Notes under the pieces: model-generated
What the model was told of the DNA's origin: nothing
Databases searched by the model: none
Seen by the model: the letters and a program-made list of their open reading frames with translations, nothing else
Made by a program: the position numbers and the translations under genes
From: an uncultured Acidimicrobiaceae bacterium
Lineage (GTDB): Bacteria; Actinomycetota; Acidimicrobiia; Acidimicrobiales; RAAP-2
Assembly (NCBI GenBank): GCA_963804305.1
Contig: CAWDPR010000004.1
Span: 121,429 to 185,428, forward strand
DNA: 64,000 bases
Direction of reading: 5' to 3'
In this document: positions 27,936 through 34,296 of the stretch, piece after piece
Numbering within the stretch: position 1 is the stretch's first letter
How the letters are laid out: every line of letters begins with the position of its first letter

Positions 27936-28594
27936 CAGTCGTGCAGCTCCGAAAGTTGATCGAGGTCGAGTGAACCCAGACGAAGCCGCATCTGCGTGGC
28001 GAGCACCTGGAGGACCACGACGATCAGCAGCACGTCGAGCGACGCCCCCAGCTCCACGATGAGCGGGACCCCCGCGGTCGCGAGGAACGCCACGAGCGCG
28101 ATGCCGTTGTCGACGAGAAGCAGGCCCACGATCTGGGACACCGCCTTTCGCCGCGTCGCCAGGGCGAAGAAGCCGATCAGCATCGCCGCCATCCCGTAGG
28201 GGATGAACGGGCCGGTCGAGCTCGACGCCAACGCCGTCACCGATCGCGACGCGGCGACGGCGAGGAAGATCAAGACGCCGGCCGCCACCAAGGAGGCGGG
28301 CACGTTCACGAGCGGTTGCGTCTCGCGACTCGAGGCGTCGTGACGCACCACTCTCGTGATCAACGTCGGCACGACCACGCCCTTGGCGACGAGTACCAAC
28401 ACCGCGACCACGATCAGACCGCTGTCGTGTCCGTGCACCCCGAGCGTGAGCGCCACGAGCGCGAGGGCGATGCCCTGTACGGCGAGCGCACGAACGATGG
28501 CGAGCAGAGACCGGCGCCAAAGCGTGACGACGGCGCACAGCACGACGACGGCGCAGCCGAGCCCGAGGGCGCTGATGAACGTGGAGTGGTTCAC
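27935..28594 (-). CDS. HyfE/HycP-like small membrane subunit (NuoK-related)
   Basis: A 219-aa polytopic protein. GTG start 28594 overlaps the upstream stop (GTGA). Its position matches hyfE/hycP in hyf-type operons. Confidence 0.75.
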   Translation of the reverse strand: MNHSTFISALGLGCAVVVLCAVVTLWRRSLLAIVRALAVQGIALALVALTLGVHGHDSGLIVVAVLVLVAKGVVVPTLITRVVRHDASSRETQPLVNVPASLVAAGVLIFLAVAASRSVTALASSSTGPFIPYGMAAMLIGFFALATRRKAVSQIVGLLLVDNGIALVAFLATAGVPLIVELGASLDVLLIVVVLQVLATQMRLRLGSLDLDQLSELHD

Positions 28595-29550
28595 TTGGCC
28601 ACCACACCGCTCACGACACCGAGCAGGGCCAGGACGAAGGCACCGGCCAAGAGTTCGGGGAGCCGGAACAGTCGAACCTTGGCGATGAAGACTTCGACGA
28701 AGGCGATGGCGCTCGCGACGAAGGCGAGTTTGGCGCACAGCACGACGGTCGAGAGGACGAGAGCCGCGCTCGAGTTCGACGTCGCGATGCCCCATGGCAG
28801 TATCAGATTGACGAACACGCCCAGCAAGAGGGCCAGGCGCATCGCTTCGCCGAGCGTCACGAGGGCGAGGTCGGGCCCCGAGTATTCGAGGACCATCGCT
28901 TCGTGGATCATCGTGAGCTCGAGGTGCGACGCGGGGTTGTCCACCGGGAGCCGTCCACTCTCGGCGATGATCACGATGAGGAGTGCCGCGACCGCGAAGA
29001 GGCGCGCTGGCGAGATGATCACGCCGGGGTGGGCCAGTGTCGCGCGGATGATCACCGGGAAGTTCGACGAGTGCGCCGAGATCGAAAGGGCGAGGATTGT
29101 CACCAGCAGCGCCGGTTCGGCCAGCGCGCCGATCGTCACCGCCCGGCTCGAACCCATGCCGCCGAAGGCGGTGCCGGTGTCGAGCCCCGCGAGCGCGAGA
29201 AGTGTGGAACCGAGCAGCAGGAGGTAGACCACGACGAAGAGGTCCGACCCGGTAGCGAACGCGGGCCGCGAAGCGACGAGCGGCGTCATGACCGACGCCA
29301 CGGTGACGGTCGCGACGAGCACCACCGGAGCGAGAGGAAAGATCCACGACACGAACTGTGGACGTAGTCGCTCTTTTCGCATGAGCTTGCGGAGGTCGCG
29401 CAGTGGCTGAAGGATCGGCGCGCCGACGCGACCTTCGATGATGGCGCGGACCTTGCGCATGAGACCGAGCAGGACGAGACCGCCCGCCGCGACGATCACC
29501 ACTTGCAGGGCCGCGACCCCCGCGAGACCAACGTCGTGCAAGAGCCTCAT
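28591..29550 (-). CDS. NuoH/HycD-like membrane subunit
   Basis: RVGAPILQPLRDL.KL..KE and E.E....EY motifs of the NuoH/HycD family. ATG 29550 overlaps the upstream stop (ATGA). Confidence 0.85.
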   Translation of the reverse strand: MRLLHDVGLAGVAALQVVIVAAGGLVLLGLMRKVRAIIEGRVGAPILQPLRDLRKLMRKERLRPQFVSWIFPLAPVVLVATVTVASVMTPLVASRPAFATGSDLFVVVYLLLLGSTLLALAGLDTGTAFGGMGSSRAVTIGALAEPALLVTILALSISAHSSNFPVIIRATLAHPGVIISPARLFAVAALLIVIIAESGRLPVDNPASHLELTMIHEAMVLEYSGPDLALVTLGEAMRLALLLGVFVNLILPWGIATSNSSAALVLSTVVLCAKLAFVASAIAFVEVFIAKVRLFRLPELLAGAFVLALLGVVSGVVAK

Positions 29551-31568
29551 CCGATCACCGCGATGACGACCAGGGTGACGACGAGTGCGAACAGGCCGTA
29601 CGCCAGGTATCGGTGCACGCTGCCCGGTTGGAGGCGACGGGCGAACTGACCCCAACGGCGGACCGCTCGGATCACCGGGTCGTAGAGCGCGTGCTCCACC
29701 CGGTCATCGACGTGGCTCCGATAGGACATCGCCTCGACGACGAAGCGAGACTCGGCGGCGTGGCTGACGTCGAGGTCGTGCACCGGACGCAGCACGTCGT
29801 CAAAGACGCGTTGCACCGGTTCGGCGAACGAGGTCGCGGTGTACTGCATCCTCGCGGTCACCAATTCACGACCACTTCCCCACGCCTCGGTGACTCGGAC
29901 GCCGCGACGACGCGCCAGTACTCCTCGTAGTGTCACGACCAGGACGATGGCGAGTACCAGGCACGCCGCCAACACGGTGGGCGCGAGCACGGCGTGGACG
30001 TGCACCAACTGGAGCTGGAGACCGTGGGTCACCGGCGCGGAACCAACGCGTGGCAATGACGTTCGCACGGCGCGTTCGACTGCGGGCAGGATCGTCATCG
30101 GCGCAACGCCCCCCACGACACACATCAGGACGAGTAGGCCCAGTCCGGTGCGCATGCTCGGCGCGACCTCGCGGGCGTCGTCCGCTCCGTCAGATCGCGG
30201 ACGTCCCAAGAAGCCGATCCCCGCCGCCTTCACGAACGCGACAATCGTGAGCCCGGCCGTCAGGGCGAGCGCGGCGATCGCGACGGGAATGGCGATGTCA
30301 CCGACGGTGCTGCCCAGGGCGACTCCGTGCAGGAGACTCTGGAACAGGAGCCACTCCCCGACAAAACCATTCAGCGGCGGCAACGCGCAGATCGATGCCG
30401 CCGCAACGAGGAAGAGGGCGCCCGTCTGGGGCATACGCCGCAGGAGGCCCCCGAGCTCATTGAGGTCGCGCGTCCCCGTCGCCGCTTGCACCGAACCGGC
30501 CGCGAGGAAGAGCGCGCCCTTGAAGAGTGCGTGATTGATGAGGATGAAGAGCGCCGCCACGAGACTCAACGCCCCGAGACGTCCGTGACCGGTCGCCGTG
30601 AACAGCCCCGAGGCCCCGAGCGCGAGGAGGACGAGGCCGATGTTGTCGGTCGTGGAGTACGCCAGCAGTCGTTTGAGATCCGTGCTGTTCGCCGCGTACA
30701 GGGAGCCGTAGAGTGCCGACACGGCACCGAGCGTGAGGACGACCAGCCACCACCACACGGGTCCGCCACCCAACAAGACATTGCCGAACAGGACGATGCC
30801 GTAAACCCCGAGTGCGACCATCGCTCCGGACATCAGCGCCGACACGGGACTCGGCGCTTCGGGGTGTGCTCTCGGCAGCCAGACGTGGAACGGGACGACC
30901 CCCGCCTTCGAGCCGAACCCGACGAGCGCGAGCAGGAAGATCACTGCGCGCGAACCTGGCGAGAGTCCTCGCGTGTGCGCCTCGAGGGCCGCGAAGGTCT
31001 GAGAGCCGGAGTGGTTCGCGAGCACGAGGAACGCCGCCAGGATGAAGGCCGCACCGACGTGCGTGATGACGCCGTACCAGACGCCCGCGCTGCGAGCTGC
31101 CTCTCGGCGAGCCTGATCGGTGAGCACGAGGATGAGCGAAGTGAGCGCCATCAACTCCCAAAGGAACATGAAGGTCGCGACGCTGGCGGCCGCGGGAACG
31201 AGGAGCAGCGCCGTCACGAACATCGCGTAGCCGCTCGCCGTCAATCGTGCGGACATCGCGTGACGCGAATAGCCGACCCAATAGAGCGTCGCCGGCATCG
31301 CTACCAGCGCCACGAGTACGACGAAGAGAGCGCCCAGGGGACTGAGCGCCAACGTGGCGCCAGTCAACGGGAGCACCTCAATCGAATGCCACGACGCGTC
31401 GTGTCCGGTCGTCAGCACACCGATCGCCGCTGACAACTCGATCGCGCACGCAGCGATGACGAGTGACGCCGTCACGGGCACTCGCCAGCGCGGTGCGAGC
31501 GCCGCACCTGCCGCGGCCGCAGCGAGCCCCACGAGGGTCCCCGCTACCAAGAGGAGTCCCGTGGTCAA
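29547..31568 (-). CDS. NuoL/HyfB-like proton-translocating antiporter-type subunit
   Basis: A 673-aa protein with about 16 TM helices and WLPRAHPEAPSPVSALMSGAMV and LLAYSTTDNIG motifs. The TTG start overlaps the nuoB-like stop (TTGA). Confidence 0.88.
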   Translation of the reverse strand: MTTGLLLVAGTLVGLAAAAAGAALAPRWRVPVTASLVIAACAIELSAAIGVLTTGHDASWHSIEVLPLTGATLALSPLGALFVVLVALVAMPATLYWVGYSRHAMSARLTASGYAMFVTALLLVPAAASVATFMFLWELMALTSLILVLTDQARREAARSAGVWYGVITHVGAAFILAAFLVLANHSGSQTFAALEAHTRGLSPGSRAVIFLLALVGFGSKAGVVPFHVWLPRAHPEAPSPVSALMSGAMVALGVYGIVLFGNVLLGGGPVWWWLVVLTLGAVSALYGSLYAANSTDLKRLLAYSTTDNIGLVLLALGASGLFTATGHGRLGALSLVAALFILINHALFKGALFLAAGSVQAATGTRDLNELGGLLRRMPQTGALFLVAAASICALPPLNGFVGEWLLFQSLLHGVALGSTVGDIAIPVAIAALALTAGLTIVAFVKAAGIGFLGRPRSDGADDAREVAPSMRTGLGLLVLMCVVGGVAPMTILPAVERAVRTSLPRVGSAPVTHGLQLQLVHVHAVLAPTVLAACLVLAIVLVVTLRGVLARRRGVRVTEAWGSGRELVTARMQYTATSFAEPVQRVFDDVLRPVHDLDVSHAAESRFVVEAMSYRSHVDDRVEHALYDPVIRAVRRWGQFARRLQPGSVHRYLAYGLFALVVTLVVIAVIG

Positions 31569-32053
31569 CGGCGGGTCAATCCGCGAAGTGCTTCGATGAT
31601 GATCGTGGGGTCGGGTGGACAGCCCGGGATGGTGACGTCGACGTCGATGACCTCATCGACGGATCCGATCACCCCGTAACCGCCCCGAAAGACGCCGCAG
31701 TCGCGGGCGCAGTCGCCGAGCGCGATGACGACGCGGGGATGAGGCATCGCTTCGAGCGTCTTTCGCAACGGCCCGACCATGTTGTGCGTGACGGGTCCGG
31801 TCACCACGAGCCCGTCAGCGTGACGTGGTGACGCGACGAGCCGAGTGCCGAATCGCTCCGCGTCGTAGACCGGCCCGAAGGCCGAAGTGATCTCCAGTTC
31901 GCATCCGTTGCACGATCCGGCGTCGACGTGACGCAGTTGCAACGAACCCACGAACGCACTCGGTCCCGCGACCGCGCCAAGGTCGACGCTCAGTGGTTCG
32001 GTGACTCGGCGGGCACCGCGCACGGCCCGCCAGGCACTCGCGAAGGAGATCAC
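31565..32053 (-). CDS. NuoB/HycG-like small subunit with a conserved 4Fe-4S (N2-type) Cys set
   Basis: Cys contexts are GSCNGCE, ALGDCA and IPGCPP. It has a GTG start and is the first gene of the operon. Confidence 0.88.
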   Translation of the reverse strand: MISFASAWRAVRGARRVTEPLSVDLGAVAGPSAFVGSLQLRHVDAGSCNGCELEITSAFGPVYDAERFGTRLVASPRHADGLVVTGPVTHNMVGPLRKTLEAMPHPRVVIALGDCARDCGVFRGGYGVIGSVDEVIDVDVTIPGCPPDPTIIIEALRGLTRR

Positions 32054-32091
32054 CGACTGTGGGCGATCATCGGCGTATACCTGTCAATATC

Positions 32092-32101
32092 ATAATATTA
32101 T
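32092..32101. promoter_or_regulatory. Perfect AT-only palindrome ATAATATTAT within an AT-rich putative promoter of the Ehr-type operon
   Basis: It sits in the stretch TATACCTGTCAATATCATAATATTATCATTATGTCATACT (32076-32115), 40-60 bp upstream of the nuoB-like start. This is the only strongly AT-rich block for several kb. Confidence 0.4.
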
Positions 32102-32172
32102 CATTATGTCATACTCACGGGTTCCGGTGTCCGACTCGTGCGGTAGCAATCCATAGACGGGTATGCAGGTCG

Positions 32173-32583
32173 TTAGATGACGCCGGCGCCGAAACGGCGG
32201 CCGCTGATTCGTTCAATCTTGATCTTCACCACGGCACCGGCGATATCGGTGACCCCCGACCGAGCACCCAGCACGCTGAGAAGCTGATCGACCACCGCTG
32301 GCTCAGTGGTAGCAGAGGCGATTCCCTGCACCAAAACGCTCCAACCGGAATGGCCGTCGGGCTGATACGAATCGACCTCGAAGGCCACAACGTGATTCGA
32401 TGTCGCGGCCCGCAACTTCGTTCCAGGGCTCGTCTGGAACACGACAAAGCCATCAACCACCGCGAAGTTGACGGGCAGGATAACGGGCAGCGACCCGACG
32501 GTAATGCCGACGCGTCCGACCGGTTCGTTGGCGAGAAGCGTCAAGCATTCTGATTCATCCAACTCGGCCAGTGGTTCAGACAT
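32173..32583 (-). CDS. Pyridoxamine 5'-phosphate oxidase family (possibly F420/FMN-binding) protein
   Basis: L.ESEC..LL....VGR.G......P.ILPVNF.VVDG.VVF.T..G.KL. Confidence 0.75.
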   Translation of the reverse strand: MSEPLAELDESECLTLLANEPVGRVGITVGSLPVILPVNFAVVDGFVVFQTSPGTKLRAATSNHVVAFEVDSYQPDGHSGWSVLVQGIASATTEPAVVDQLLSVLGARSGVTDIAGAVVKIKIERISGRRFGAGVI

Positions 32584-32700
32584 CGAAAGACCTTTGTCGA
32601 AATCTCGATTTCGCCGCTAGGGCCAAAGGTCCCATTTGACGTGCTCGAAGCCTCGTCACTCACCTTTGCAGGTCGGGGATGGTCGAGGCAGTTCGATCGA

Positions 32701-33312
32701 TTAGTGCGGTATGGCCACGACCTTGGGCACGCCGACCCTATCGTCCAGCGCCCCGCCGCACGTCCGGACCAGCAACACCGCACATCCCACGTTGGAGATC
32801 GTCTCGGCGGAGAAGAGCACGTGCAATACCCCCACAATGCTGAGCAGCGCGGCAAGACTTCCGAGCACCTGCACCCAGAGCACGGCCCGAGCCCAGGAGA
32901 CGTCGGCTAATTGACGAAAAAGCCAATACGCAGCGACACTCATGAACACGACGAGCACGGCACCAAAGCCGTAGTGGATGTATTTCAACACCGCGTCCAG
33001 TGAGTAAAAGTAAGTACTCACCAGCACGAAGAACGTGACGGCGCTGTAGGTCAAGAGCAGTTTGCGTACCTTCTCGGAGCGAACGCCACCGCCGCCGCAC
33101 GCTCGTGCGGCACGCATGTTCGCGCACGCGAGCACTACCCAAGCGATGGTATAGAGCACAGCCGTCTTTACGTGGACGCCGTACTCGCTGATGCCGCCTT
33201 CATGTCGAGCGAGCACGTATCCCGGATGAAGCGCGACGCTCACCCCCATGAAGAAGAGAAACGCAACTTCTCCAAATACGACCCATTGCACTGCACGCAG
33301 CCTGCTATTCAC
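32701..33312 (-). CDS. Hypothetical integral membrane protein (6 TM; possibly DUF998-like)
   Basis: Hydrophobic profile, with visibly lower G+C than the neighbours. Confidence 0.5.
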   Translation of the reverse strand: MNSRLRAVQWVVFGEVAFLFFMGVSVALHPGYVLARHEGGISEYGVHVKTAVLYTIAWVVLACANMRAARACGGGGVRSEKVRKLLLTYSAVTFFVLVSTYFYSLDAVLKYIHYGFGAVLVVFMSVAAYWLFRQLADVSWARAVLWVQVLGSLAALLSIVGVLHVLFSAETISNVGCAVLLVRTCGGALDDRVGVPKVVAIPH

Positions 33313-33419
33313 ATTTGCTCATCAGCTACCTCAACGCTAACGGCTGTCACGCTGACTCACGCAAGGTCCTCGAAGTCGTCATCCGGCTGTTACACGCCCT
33401 CGACTAGGAACTTCAATCG

Positions 33420-33767
33420 TCAGAGTGCCAGATGGAGGCGCAGCGCCTCGTCGAGTGCGGCCATTAATCCTTGAGGGACTTCTCCGATTGTGGATCCAAG
33501 TCGTTCAACGGATATGGAACGGACCTGTTCTGCCTGAGCCTTGGAGTCGTGCGCCAGTCCGGTCGCGTTCGCTGGAAGAATTACTTGGAAGGGATAGACC
33601 CGAGAGATGTTCGAGGTCATTGGCACAACGGTGATGACGCCGTGGCCAGTTCGCTCCGCAGCAACGTTCGCACCGTCGTTGCTGACAATGACTGCGGGCC
33701 GTCGTTTGTTGGCCTCTCCGCTCTTCGCAGGCTCAAGATCGACGAGGTGAATCTCCCCTCGGTGCAC
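33420..33767 (-). CDS. Type II toxin, PemK/MazF family endoribonuclease
   Basis: RGEIHLVDLEP..G.E..KRRPAVIVSND ... VVPMTSN... matches the MazF/PemK signature. GTG start 33767 overlaps the antitoxin stop (TAGTG). Confidence 0.85.
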   Translation of the reverse strand: MHRGEIHLVDLEPAKSGEANKRRPAVIVSNDGANVAAERTGHGVITVVPMTSNISRVYPFQVILPANATGLAHDSKAQAEQVRSISVERLGSTIGEVPQGLMAALDEALRLHLAL

Positions 33768-33982
33768 TACTTCAAACCATCTGATGCAGTCGTATCCCAA
33801 AGTTGTTGGTCGTCGTCTCGCCACTCGGCCCAAGCACTTTCGTACGCGCTAGCTAAGCCCGTCGCTCTGAGCAGTCGGACAGCCCTATGAAGTGCGGCCG
33901 AGCGAGATGGCAGCCCTTTCTCGCTGGCGTACGCGTCGAGGAAGTTAACGTCCTCTTCCGGCAAACTCATACTTACTTTCAT
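33767..33982 (-). CDS. Type II antitoxin, ribbon-helix-helix (CopG/MazE-like)
   Basis: MKVSMSLPEEDVNFLDAYA.EKGLPSRSAALHRAVRLL is an RHH fold motif. It lies immediately upstream of the toxin. Confidence 0.8.
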   Translation of the reverse strand: MKVSMSLPEEDVNFLDAYASEKGLPSRSAALHRAVRLLRATGLASAYESAWAEWRDDDQQLWDTTASDGLK

Positions 33983-33987
33983 ACTTT

Positions 33988-34005
33988 GATACTACCGAGA
34001 GTATC
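33988..34005. promoter_or_regulatory. Inverted repeat GATACT-N6-AGTATC upstream of the antitoxin (candidate autoregulatory operator)
   Basis: Perfect 6-bp arms. Further AGTAT(G) copies overlap the first codons of the antitoxin. Confidence 0.4.
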
Positions 34006-34086
34006 CGTCTGGGGGGCCTAGTCGAAGAGTGGTGTGATCCCGTTTCCGGTTGATTGCGCTGCGAGATTCTCTCAGGAAAGAACGAA

Positions 34087-34107
34087 GGCCCAGGGTTCCC
34101 CTGGGCC
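34087..34107 (-). terminator. Intrinsic terminator-like hairpin downstream of tRNA-fMet
   Basis: GGCCCAGGG-ttc-CCCTGGGCC is a perfect 9-bp stem. On the minus strand it is followed by TTCGTTCTTTCC. Confidence 0.6.
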
Positions 34108-34130
34108 ATCGACTTCGATTATGTACTGCT

Positions 34131-34207
<77 letters not shown>

Positions 34208-34296
34208 TTGCGTGAACAACTCTAGCGGTTCTTGATGCACCTCTCATCGTCGCCCACTATGACTGGCAACAAGCTCGTCAGGTCGAGTCAAACGAA

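Noticed and set aside
24963-32053. Annotating the cluster as a formate hydrogenlyase / [NiFe] hydrogenase-4 (hyc/hyf) or as NADH dehydrogenase (nuo)
   Set aside because: The large subunit has Ser/Ser and Ser/Gly at the four NiFe-ligand positions. There is no HycF/NuoI-like subunit, no NuoE/F/G and no hyp, hycI or fdhF nearby. The subunit set is also too small for complex I.
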